Made by a program: the position numbers and the translations under genes. A stretch of DNA of 64,000 nucleotides from Selaginella moellendorffii (lineage: Eukaryota; Plantae; Lycopodiophyta): NCBI RefSeq assembly GCF_000143415.4, contig NW_003314271.1:806001-870000 (forward strand). Direction: 5' to 3'. The notes under the pieces are model-generated. The model did not search any database, had not been told where the DNA came from, and saw only the letters and a program-made list of their open reading frames with translations. Positions 1 through 11,797 of the stretch are shown piece after piece (positions within the stretch are counted from its first letter, which is position 1; every line of letters begins with the position of its first letter).

Positions 1-677
1 AGGAACTCTCTAGTGGTGCTTCCAAACTGACTTGAGGTTGAGACTGGGGCTGAGGGGCCTTGGGTGGGAGTGAGCATGGGCTTGAGTGGTGCCGGAGGGG
101 CCACCCAGGGAAGTGCTCAAGAGCAGCTCCCACTCCCAAAAGGGAAACCGATTGCAGTGCTCCCGGCTCATGTGGAGTGGTGCCCCACTTGAGTACCTTG
201 TGGCTCATTGGTCCTCGCCCTTCCTAGGGGCTTGGGCCTTCCCTTCGGGATGGAAGTGGGGGGGTAGAGGTACCCATACCGGGCCGTTAGGCCACGGTGT
301 TTCGCCCCGACGTCCCGAAGCAAGTGCTGCACCCAAGACTTGGGATTTAGAGGGTCCCATGATCAAGTCTTGTGGTACCAAGGGGTGTTAGAAATCTGGA
401 GGCTTGGTGTGCTTGGTTGCTTATGCCTGCGGGGAGTGTAGCCGAACCTTAAGTCCAGTCTAACCTGGGGAGGGGGATTGGGAGAGATTTGGGAATCCGT
501 AGATGGATGGCTAACACTCCGTTGCTCGTGCAGTGAGTAGCTGAAACCAAGTAGGACCAAGTAGGAGCTGGTACCATAAGCGGGAACCTTGGCGAGGGAA
601 CTTAGCACAAGCCAAGGTAGAGTTGGTCGGAGACGAGGTAAGCTGGCAAATTGGAAAGGAAAAATTTGTGGCTTACA
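1..677 (+). repeat. 5' LTR (partial) of the gypsy element
   Basis: Aligns to ~27470-28148 with roughly 24 substitutions counted by eye (almost all transitions) and one 2-bp indel; ends in CA. Confidence 0.95.
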
Positions 678-680
678 ATT

Positions 681-692
681 TGGTATCGGAGC
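681..692 (+). promoter_or_regulatory. Primer binding site, tRNA-iMet type
   Basis: TGGTATCGGAGC 3 nt after the LTR end; the canonical plant PBS is TGGTATCAGAGC. Confidence 0.9.
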
Positions 693-736
693 CTCTTCCT
701 CAGTTCTAGTGAAGGATAGAGGCGGATTGCTGGGAG

Positions 737-1724
737 ATGGCAAGGGCAAAACATAAGCGAACCCAGGCAGAGATGGAACCTCCTCCAGAGCTGGAGCCTC
801 CGGTCGAACAGGAGGCTATGGATGAGGAATCCTTGCATGAGGAGGACTCCAGTGAGGCAACTTCCAAACAGGAGTCTAGTGGTGAGGTTCGGTTGTCCAA
901 GGCTCGATTGGACGTTCTAGAAGGACAATTGACACAGACCAATGCCCTGCTGAAGACTCTCGTACGCAAGCTAAAGTGTGATGAGAAGCGGAAGAAAAAG
1001 CGGAAGACTGCGAATGCTGGCAGCGCAGAAGGTGTGGACCCTTCGGCAGGGACTAAGGTAAAACCAGACAAGGTCGAACAGACTGAAGTGGAATCAGTCC
1101 CTCAGGTAGTTCCCAAGTACAAACCAAAGCCCCCACCGGTCTTCAAGGGAGTGAACGACTATAAGGTGGTGGAGGATTGGTTTTATGATATGGAGGACTA
1201 CTTCCGAGCGTTGTGATTACCGAGCTCGGAGAAGGTCCTATATGCAAAACCATACTTGGCAGATAATGCCAAGTCTTGGTGGAGAACGATAGAGGCCAAC
1301 GTAAGACCGGTGGCCACTTGGGAAATGATGAAAGCGAGGATCCGCGCAACTTACGTTCCTCCGAATGCTACTCTGCATCTAAGGGACGAGCTGAGTAGGC
1401 TGAAGCAGATCAGAACCATTCAAGAGTATGTGAATGGGTTTATAGCAAAGAGGATACTTGTCACGGACATGGGGGATATGGTTCCATGCCTTCATATCAG
1501 GTTTGCAAACTTGGGCTTGCGGTGAAGTGATGCGGTGGAACCCGACTAACTACAAGGAAGCGTTGGATGCGGCCATCAAGGTGCATTTCAACGATAACCT
1601 GCGAAAGGGGAACACGACGGGGTTAGGATCCACGTTTAGCAAAGGGGCCAAACCAAGGGGAACGTTTAGCATAGGGAAATTCAAGAAGAGTTTCTCTAAG
1701 AATGAGTCCTTGAGGTTCCGGAAA
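737..1724 (+). pseudogene. gag: gag N-terminal part (retrotransposon gag domain), defective
   Basis: PPVFKG..VEDWFYDMEDYF..AKSWW..TWEMMKARIRATY..LSRLKQ..IQEYV. In-frame TGA at 1214 and a frameshift near 1478. The frame (..LRFRK) resumes at 22747 (DKSGG..) once the insertion is removed. Confidence 0.9.
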
Positions 1725-1748
1725 AAGCTCTATTTCATTAAAGTGGGA
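1725..1748 (+). repeat. Left TIR
   Basis: AAGCTCTATTTCATTAAAGTGGGA. Confidence 0.92.
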
Positions 1749-4273
1749 ATTGTCATTATCCCACTTGTAAAATAAGGTTTTCAAACCTTTATATAGTATA
1801 TAAATATAACAAAATTCAACTGCATTGAGGCACATGCCATTTTATTTTAAGCAAGGAAATGTCTACTCAATTACTTCTCCTCCCCCTGCCACTGCTTCAC
1901 CTCTCTCTTTTCCTTGTCATCGTTGTCTAATTTCTTTCCATCCTTTTAATATTGGCTCAATTGCTCCGAGTCTAGGTGGAGCCCAAGTCCCCATTCAATC
2001 TTTACTTTCCCCTTATTAATAAAACAACTTCGTAGACTTCCAATAACATGTTGTAACACTTCTAGTATAATGCAAATCCTCTCAAAGAATTGTCTTTTAA
2101 TATTAATACAATGGCATGGAACCCCATGCCATAATAAGTTACATTTTTAAATAAATACATGCCATCTCAGACTGTTATTTTTTGCCTCCAACGCCTATAC
2201 AATAATCTTGGAATTTCATCACTCTCCACACTATCAGGATTTAAACCCAATAGTAATGCCATCTCTTCTCTAATATGTCCACGCTCATGTTCAGTGGTCG
2301 AAGAACCCATCCGGTTGAGCAGATTATGGAGATGCGGATAGTGCTTGGCTAGACAATATACATGCCATAAATGATGACTGGTGTCTGTCCGATCAAATGG
2401 CTTCTGATATACTGTTCCATCTGCCATTTGGTTGATTTCTGCAGCCACCTCCTGGACTGGCCAGTTCTCTATCACCATCGCTCCAAGCCGTTTTGCAAGG
2501 TCCCCCAGAACATATGGTTTCTTCTCCCTAGTTTCCATACTGCAAGAGATGGGGTGCACTGCATATGTGTGCGTGTTCGCTGCAGTTTTAATCGGCAAGT
2601 CATCGATGATGAGGATTTCACTTGACCTAGCAGTCCGGTTCATCACTACAGCCTCTGGCTTGACGAAGATGGGCTTGCTACCCCTCACATGGACCATAGT
2701 CAAGCAATCCTCCTACGTTAGAAGAAAGTCAAATGGTAATATTACTCGCGTCTGATCGTGCATCATCTGTAGCAACATTAATGTATTGTGGCGCATCATG
2801 GATGTCCAAACTCCCAATTGCAAATTGAACCCGGCCCTCTGTTTTAAGTGTCGCATGGTCATTATTAGATCCTGCAGATTCTCCCGTGTGATTAATGTGA
2901 ATCTGTCTCTTTTGACCAACTTGCGACCGCAGGCTTTGGAGGGTGCAGTGACATTCGAGGACGAGCCACGCTCATGGGAGAAAAGGACATGGTTCAGATC
3001 AAAAACGATACAGTACCTTCGCCGTGACTCTGAAATGAAATGCGTCAGCATAAAAAATGGTACAAGTCAATTTTACCATCTACAATATTAGCGAATGGTG
3101 CTCCCGATGGTTGTTGAGAGGGTTTTGGTCGAGGAAACGTGAAGGGCGAAAATACTCTCCTCTGCAATGTGGGGTCAATCGCATCCGATGGCGTGTGGGC
3201 ACATGCCATTTCAGCTGTAGACTCTGGTACAACTGGCTCAATAGTGGCATGGGGTGGTTCCAATGGCGTGTGATCACACGCCATTTCAGCTGGTGCCTCC
3301 ATTGGCAAAGTGGATATGACCAAACAGGCAGCAGGGGCGGTGTAGGGAGGTTCCAACGGCACGTAGTCAGACGATTGGGCACATGTTGAGTCCGTTGGAA
3401 ATGAGGATACGACCGGCTCGGCGGCTGGGGCGGCCTCATGCGGGTCCAATGGCGCTTGGTCACCGTTAGTTGGATACGTGGACAAGATTGACTCAGTGGT
3501 ATGGGCAGCATCAAGTGGAGCGTGGTCAGCTTGCTTGGCGTTGATATGGATAGTAGCCTCCACCAGCTCTGATGACTCTTGCAGGCAAGTAGAGTCCACT
3601 AGCGGATCCATATGCATGTCCAAATATCTCCCTTCGATTGAGATGGTATCCTCCCTACTGGCTACTAAAAACAAACTCATTAGCACATTGAATCGACTAT
3701 ACTGTATTTACCATCAACTGCTATTGAGGAACTAGGACCGATATCACTTGGGCGCACTGCTGATTCTGAAGGATTGGACATACGTTTCGACCCTTGCTTG
3801 GCACTATCCTTCCTCGACACTAAAGGCTAGAGTTTGTATCTTAATTCAACTGAATAATCTCTACTTACCATTTGCTCTGCGACCTACATGGACAATGTTA
3901 GAAATGGTAAAAGGTTAGGAATGGATGTACTATTATTTACCTGATGGTTTGTCTTGTATGACCTTCCTCCGCTGCTCTTTGGCCACCTCAAGCTGGCCAT
4001 CGTCGTCGTCGTTATTATGATCGTCACCATTGTGAGGACCATCCAAGTCCTCTTCATCCTCCTCTTCTTCGTCCTCCTCTTCTTTGTCCTCCTCTTCGTC
4101 CTTCTGCTCTTCCTGCTCATTATCTTTCTCTGGCTCCTCATCCCCTTCCTGCATTTCTTCCATAGGCTGCTCAGGCTGGATGGCTTGTTCTTCCAGGACC
4201 ATCTTGGGAAAATCATCTAGCCGAGTCTCCATCTCAAAATACAAGACATCCATAGCCTGTTTTAGTGCGTGAC

Positions 4274-5919
4274 TGTAAACGACTAAATTTTCCATTCTAC
4301 TTTAGTCACTTAACCACACCTCCGACCACTTGGAGGAGTCTCATTCGCAACCTCCATCAATCCAATTCAGGACTTGGGACTTGCTAGCCCCAAGAATGGC
4401 ATCCATGCCACTCCACACTTGCACCTGGTCCAAGTGCTCCACGTGTCTGGTCCTGAGACCGACACCCAAAGGTACCACTGACATCTCGGCCCGTTACGCT
4501 AATGCCATGCCCATTCACCTTGCTGCACTAGTGGTTCAACACCACTTGCATCACCACCTCGTCTCTCCAAGACTGAGCCATGTGTCCACAAGGGGTCATC
4601 CTAGATCCACTCCTTAGCATCCTTAGGATGCCCACAGACCTGGGGAATTGCCTTCCCCAAAGTCCCTTTGTCAGTTCCTACCAAGTCCCTTTCTGCCCCT
4701 GGCCGTGTTTGCCAACACTGCCACTGGATCGAGGCCCACCGGCCTGACCCCTAAGTCCCACGGTCCTCTAGGACTTCCTCACCACATGACTGTGTCCTTG
4801 GTCACTACCCCAGAGGACTGCTCCTCTTCCTTTCCACAGTCTGGGCCTTTGGGACAACATTTCGAAACACCGTGGCCTTACGCGAGCCACCTGGGTACTC
4901 TCCCCACCTATCGCCTTTATGTGCTCTAGCCATGGGCTTAGAGCGAGGTTCCATTGAGCCACGCCTGGTATCCAAGTAGGTAGTGCCACCCACACTTGGA
5001 CTGGGAGCATCGGCCAGTCGATCTCCCGGGGGAACTAGAGCCGGCTCTTGAACACTTCACCAAGCTACCCCGCTTGTCAGTCCATGTTCACTCTAGTCTT
5101 GGACTTCCCAGTGGGCAGCTCATCACCCAACACTGGGTCCGGCCTTCCTGGGCCAAACTGGCCTTTCCTGGCCAAACTGTCTCCACTGCAGTCCTCCCCC
5201 TACTATACTTTTGGAGCTCACCAAACCCCCCAGGGTCTGGGAGACGAACGCTTTGGGCTTTCACCCTCTCAGGCTCCGGACTCGGACTCGGACTCAGACT
5301 CGGACTCGGACTCGGACTCGGATTCGGATTCGGACTCGGACTCGGGCTCGGGCTCGGTCTTGGCCTCGGCCTCGGTCTCGGTCTCGGTCCTGATCTCGGT
5401 CTCGGTCTCGGTCTCGGTCCCGGTCTCGGTTCCGGTCTCGGTCTCGACTTCGGACTCCATCTCGGACTCCATCTCGGACTCCATCTCGGACTCCATCTCG
5501 GGTCCATCTCGGGTCCATCTCGGACTCCATCTCGGACTCCATCTCGGGTCCATCTCGGACTCCATCTCGGACTCCATTTCGGGTCCATCTCGGGTCCACC
5601 TCGGACTCCATCTCGAACTCCATCTCGGACTCCATCTCGGGTCCATCTCGGACTCCATCTCGAACTCCATTTCGGGTCCATCTCGGACACTCCCACGTGT
5701 CATGTGTTGGTCCTTTTGGGTCCCTTTTTGGAGCCTTGCCTTTTGCTCGCTTCGTGCTCGTTCCTCGAGCACTTCGTTGGGAGTTCCACTCCCGCTCTTG
5801 ACTTTTCAAGTTGGAGCTTTTGGTCCAAACGTGTTACGCTCGTTTGGCTCTCGCTTCGGCCACTACCATGTGGCGCCCTTCCGGCTCCACTTTGGGGCCT
5901 AGGGATTTTGTGTCTCACA
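4274..5919 (-). repeat. 3' LTR of the nested element (1646 bp)
   Basis: Direct repeat of 9966-11797 (offset 5692); ORF translations are identical outside the array. Confidence 0.95.
5275..5687. repeat. CpG-rich minisatellite in LTR (CTCGGA/CTCGGT 6-mers, then CTCGGACTCCAT 12-mers)
   Basis: Directly visible; produces spurious low-complexity ORFs. Confidence 0.95.
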
Positions 5920-8900
5920 ACTCCACCACCCATAGACGAAGTTCGATGTCCTCATCGAACGGTAAACCCTTTCATAAAGTAACACCCACATGTGTTACCA
6001 TTTCCATCTTTGGCACCTAGCCAATCTTTGTCTATGGTTTGACATCAAAGGCTCACCATGCCTTGTCCATCCTTTAAGGAGTGTAGTCTCTCCAATTTAG
6101 AGACTGATTGGACCACATGTAATGGTTCATCTTTTTATTGGTTTAGTTCTCGCTAAACCTCTTAGAAACCCTTCTCTAAGTCAATCCCACTACTCCTTCT
6201 CGAGTAGTCTCAATTTCCATCGATATAACCTTTGCACTTTGGAACTTTAAATTTTGACTTCTTGGAGTCAATTTCCTAGGTGTCTCCGACACCTTGCCTT
6301 GCGCCTTTTGTGCAACTCCACTTCCCATCCTAGGAAGTTCTCTACTCGAGGGCACCCTCATCCTCTCTTCTATTTCGTGCCAAAGTTCCAGTTATCATAC
6401 TTTGTGCTAGGGCTGTTCATGGCCTTATCATTTGGCTACCTTACCGCTCCCTCCCTTGGAGCTTCCACTTTTGCCAAATCGGAGCATTTCGGAATCCCTC
6501 CTTGGAAACACACTTCCTTTCCCGCAACTCGTTAGCGTCCAACACATTAGTGTTCCTCGCCTAACTTTGTCACTTGGATTCCTTCCAATGGATTCCACGG
6601 CCCTATCTTGGCCACTCATCTTTTGCTCCTATCCGTTGATTGTTGCACCAAGCAACATCGAATCTCTACCTCCCTCCTTGAGGTATTGTTTCTGTTCCAT
6701 AGCAAAGACTCTTCTTTGCCAAGTCCGGAGGATGTTCACCCCTAGTACGTCTCTTTAGCATCTTCTGCTATGGGCTCTATCCACGGCCCAACTTCGTGAC
6801 CCTCCCATGGGTCTTTTATAGAGACTACTTTCCTTGGACTCACTATGTCATCGCACGGGCATAGTTTAATTCCCTTAGGTGCTCTTCCCACTTGGTTATC
6901 ACGACCAAGCCACACCACCTTAAACAGTTCAATTTCAACATTTTGAACCAGGAACTTCATTCCTTAGCCAACCAAGGACCATGTCCTTATCTGGCCATAA
7001 GATCACCTAGTGATCTCACCTTGGCACCTTAACAGAGTTGCCAAGAGGTACTTGGTCTTCTAGACCTCCAAGTTGTTGACTATAACCCCGGGGGCATCCC
7101 CCACACTTGGCGGTGCACCCAAGCCAGCCCTTACGGCCAAGGGTTCCTAGCAACTGAGATTAGGTGTCCCCATCTCACTCACCACGACCTTGGTGCCACT
7201 TGCACCAAAGCGTTCAAGTTAGATATGCTGAGCTTTCACACTAAGCAATCTAACCGTGCATCACTACTCCGAGGCATCCCTCGCTTGGCGGTGTGCCCAA
7301 ACCAGTCTCCCCACTGAGAGTCCATGACCACCGAAATATGAGTGTCCTCATATTCCAAACCATCACCACGCCCTAGTGATTTGGGACTCGAACCCAAGCA
7401 CTAGAGGGTCGGGACTCGAACCCAACCTCCGTATATGCATCTACGGACGGCATCACACTAGATGCCTGGCGTGACTCCCCACGCCGGTGCACCAACTTAT
7501 TTTTAAAGCGCGCTACAGATCACAGTTTAGGAACCTAGTTCCTCCACACTGCCAAGTCCTCTCACTTGACATGTCTGTGATCATGCATGGACTCCTCCAT
7601 GCTCAGCCCCATGGCCCACCCCTTTTGAAGTTATCACCTTCAACTAGGGTCTTTGTTCCCCCCGACGTGCCAATCTCACTTGGCAAGTCCTCCGACCATT
7701 GTAACATGGTTCCTGCATAAGCGTGAAAGTCCTTGACCATCGACTTTCGTTCAAAGCCTTCTCTTTGAACACTCGGGAATTACTTCCTTAACCTTGATAA
7801 CCTTGCCTCATGGCAAGCTTCAAGACCACGCTTCTGCTGCGCCACTCTGATTTCGCGCGTTCCATGAACCATTTACGCTTGGCCTTTCTAGGTACTACGC
7901 TACCTAGAATCGTCTTTGGGAACCTTGAAGGAACTCTGTCCCTCAGCTTGCTAAGGCCTCCCCTTTCGCAAGCTTTATAGTTGCCATATAGTCTAACATG
8001 GACAATTCCATATTTTAGACTCTCCATGGCATCACGGTTGCTAGCAACAACATCCTTGAGCACCCTCTTGATTCTCCACTCCCAACTTTCATAACCACTA
8101 TTGGATATGCCCTTGGATTTCTATGGTTCAGTTCCATCCCAATACCACTTACCTTTGGCTTCACACCTTTCCTTCGGTCATTCTCCTCGAGACCAGGAGG
8201 ATAGCTTTGCACTTTCTATCATGCCTTAGCAAGTATTCTTAGGGATGAACCTACCCAATAGCCCAGGGAGTGGTTCCTCAATCTGGGTATGCTCAGCTTA
8301 TAATCCCACACACTGGGATTACATTGTTGCTTATGGGCCTTTACATGCCCATCACTAGCCTTGCCAAAATTCCATTTTTGGCTTTGTCCAACTTGGGTAG
8401 ACAGTCCTCTCCTGTCTCCGCAACCTTGGACATTTGGATAGCACCTTCTATCCATCATTCGCTAGGGACTTAGTCCCTTGGGCTTTATCCATTGCCCTCG
8501 CGATCTCAAACACCACCTTCTGGTGTTCTAGAGTGTTCGGGTGCCCCAATGATGGCTTCTTTGACAATGAGTATTTCCTTTTATGACATTGACTTACTAT
8601 ATCGCAACACAAGCAACTTATCCCCCGTAAGGGTATATCCGACTTCCCTATACTAGAAGTCTTGGGTAGCTACCTTCTACCCGTTTAACCAGTTATTTTG
8701 CACTGCTTGCTTAGTTGCCTCATAGTTGTCAAGTCCTACAACTCATTGCTTGGTGCTTTCACACCTCCATCATTATCTGGGTCACCACACTCCAACTACA
8801 TGCTCTGCAGCTTAGGCTATGCCATTCCCATTTCCATTGGGATTCCTTTGGCAAGGGGTTCTCATGAACCCACCAACATAGCCTCAAGGTATCACACCTT

Positions 8901-9950
8901 GGCACATTTGGTGTCTCCACACCATCGGCTCCACGAGCCTACCTCTATAACACTTTCCCTTCGTGTCTAAGTCTTTGGCAAGACCAACACCGCCCTTTCT
9001 CATGCCAACCATCCGTTAGCACTGCACCATAGAGGTCACACACAACTTTGTGTCAAAGTTGTTTTCTTCTGGGAACACCTTTCCCATAACTTTAGCATGG
9101 CACATTTTGCCATCGATGCGATACCCTCTGTTCTTATCCTTGGATCCTATGATCCCCCCCATCCTTTGTGGGGTACAACACACCTCAGTCCAAATGCTTC
9201 CATCAGTCCTTTTAAGACCATCCCTTGACTCTACTTGAGTCATCCAGTAGTTTTGGACTTGGTTAATCCACAGACCCGTAAGGTCTTACTTGTGAGGCAC
9301 TAGCTCACTGGAATACACTTCTTGCATTCCTGTCCTACTCAAAAGGACTATTTTCACAAGTGTTACTCCGACACTTGATTTTGTTCTCTGGGGGCAACTT
9401 TTGCCCCTTAGGACTACTTGTCCATGCGATGAGAATACCACTCATCTCTAAGTACACCCCCCAACTCCTTGGGTTGTTCCAGCATTTATTAAAGGTAGCC
9501 CCGGCTACCATTTCAAGGACTTGAGTCCTCTTCCGTATTTGACCTCCCACGGTCATTACCTCTGGTCTCACATTCATGAGCACCAACCTCAACTATATGA
9601 GGATAATCTTGTGACTCCTTTATTGTTTTGGAGTCTCTATCTTTCCCGTGATCCCAACTTTAGTTGTTTACCACAACAACCTTAGCCAATTTGCTGAGAC
9701 AAATGCTCATCCGGATCACATCCTCAATTCAATGAGGAAAACCTTGCACTGTTCCCAAGATCCCAAAGTCGTTCCATTATTGGCCATTTTCTATCCACCA
9801 CCTCGTCTACAAGTTCACACATGAACTGTAATGGAGAGCCATGTCTTCCAGACTTGCTACTCCTCAAGGATAGGCCCACTCCTTGGACCTTCCGATGCCA
9901 ACACTAGTGGTGATATACTTGAGCACCAATAAAAGTCGGACTAAGGAACA

Positions 9951-9962
9951 GCTCCGATACCA
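9951..9962 (-). promoter_or_regulatory. PBS (tRNA-iMet type) of the nested element
   Basis: Minus-strand TGGTATCGGAGC, identical to the gypsy PBS at 681. Confidence 0.9.
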
Positions 9963-9965
9963 AAT

Positions 9966-11797
9966 TGTAAACGACTAAATTTTCCATTCTACTTTAGTCA
10001 CTTAACCACACCTCCGACCACTTGGAGGAGTCTCATTCGCAACCTCCATCAATCCAATTCAGGACTTGGGACTTGCTAGCCCCAAGAATGGCATCCATGC
10101 CACTCCACACTTGCACCTGGTCCAAGTGCTCCACGTGTCTGGTCCTGAGACCGACACCCAAAGGTACCACTGACATCTCGGCCCGTTACGCTAATGCCAT
10201 GCCCATTCACCTTGCTGCACTAGTGGTTCAACACCACTTGCATCACCACCTCGTCTCTCCAAGACTGAGCCATGTGTCCACAAGGGGTCATCCTAGATCC
10301 ACTCCTTAGCATCCTTAGGATGCCCACAGACCTGGGGAATTGCCTTCCCCAAAGTCCCTTTGTCAGTTCCTACCAAGTCCCTTTCTGCCCCTGGCCGTGT
10401 TTGCCAACACTGCCACTGGATCGAGGCCCACCGGCCTGACCCCTAAGTCCCACGGTCCTCTAGGACTTCCTCACCACATGACTGTGTCCTTGGTCACTAC
10501 CCCAGAGGACTGCTCCTCTTCCTTTCCACAGTCTGGGCCTTTGGGACAACATTTCGAAACACCGTGGCCTTACGCGAGCCACCTGGGTACTCTCCCCACC
10601 TATCGCCTTTATGTGCTCTAGCCATGGGCTTAGAGCGAGGTTCCATTGAGCCACGCCTGGTATCCAAGTAGGTAGTGCCACCCACACTTGGACTGGGAGC
10701 ATCGGCCAGTCGATCTCCCGGGGGAACTAGAGCCGGCTCTTGAACACTTCACCAAGCTACCCCGCTTGTCAGTCCATGTTCACTCTAGTCTTGGACTTCC
10801 CAGTGGGCAGCTCATCACCCAACACTGGGTCCGGCCTTCCTGGGCCAAACTGGCCTTTCCTGGCCAAACTGTCTCCACTGCAGTCCTCCCCCTACTATAC
10901 TTTTGGAGCTCACCAAACCCCCCAGGGTCTGGGAGACGAACGCTTTGGGCTTTCACCCTCTCAGGCTCCGGACTCGGACTCGGACTCAGACTCGGACTCG
11001 GACTCGGACTCGGATTCGGATTCGGACTCGGACTCGGGCTCGGGCTCGGTCTTGGCCTCGGCCTCGGTCTCGGTCTCGGTCCTGATCTCGGTCTCGGTCT
11101 CGGTCTCGGTCCCGGTCTCGGTTCCGGTCTCGGTCTCGACTTCGGACTCCATCTCGGACTCCATCTCGGACTCCATCTCGGACTCCATCTCGGGTCCATC
11201 TCGGGTCCATCTCGGACTCCATCTCGGACTCCATCTCGGGTCCATCTCGGACTCCATCTCGGACTCCATTTCGGGTCCATCTCGGGTCCACCTCGGACTC
11301 CATCTCGAACTCCATCTCGGACTCCATCTCGGGTCCATCTCGGACTCCATCTCGAACTCCATTTCGGGTCCATCTCGGGTCCACCTCGGACTCCATCTCG
11401 GACTCCATCTCGGACTCCATCTCGGGTCCATCTCGGACTCCACTTTGGACTCCAACTCGGGTCCATCTCGGGTCCACCTCGGACTTCATCTCGGACTCCA
11501 TCTCGGACTCCATCTCGGGTCCATCTTGGACTCCATCTCGGACTCCATCTCGAGTCCATCTCGGACACTCCCACGTGTCATGTGTTGGTCCTTTTGGGTC
11601 CCTTTTTGGAGCCTTGCCTTTTGCTCGCTTCGTGCTCGTTCCTCGAGCACTTCGTTGGGAGTTCCACTCCCGCTCTTGACTTTTCAAGTTGGAGCTTTTG
11701 GTCCAAACGTGTTACGCTCGTTTGGCTCTCGCTTCGGCCACTACCATGTGGCGCCCTTCCGGCTCCACTTTGGGGCCTAGGGATTTTGTGTCTCACA
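9966..11797 (-). repeat. 5' LTR of the nested element (1832 bp)
   Basis: As above; 186 bp longer because its tandem array is longer. Confidence 0.95.
10967..11565. repeat. Longer copy of the LTR minisatellite
   Basis: Same units, +186 bp. Confidence 0.95.

Larger units (their letters stand above)
4274..11797 (-). mobile_element. Young non-autonomous LTR retrotransposon (LARD-like), no intact ORF
   Basis: TG...CA LTRs at 4274-5919 and 9966-11797; 5-bp TSD GTGAC (4269-4273, 11798-11802); minus-strand PBS 9951-9962 and PPT 5920-5934; ~4 kb interior without a long ORF. Confidence 0.95.

Noticed and set aside
4996-5982. Long GL/SD/ES/RD-repeat ORFs (also 10688-11806 and 27033-27347)
   Set aside because: By-products of stop-free 6/12-mer LTR minisatellites, open in many frames.
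7381-7423. tRNA gene or SINE
   Set aside because: Only T-arm motifs; no acceptor stem, D-arm or anticodon arm found.
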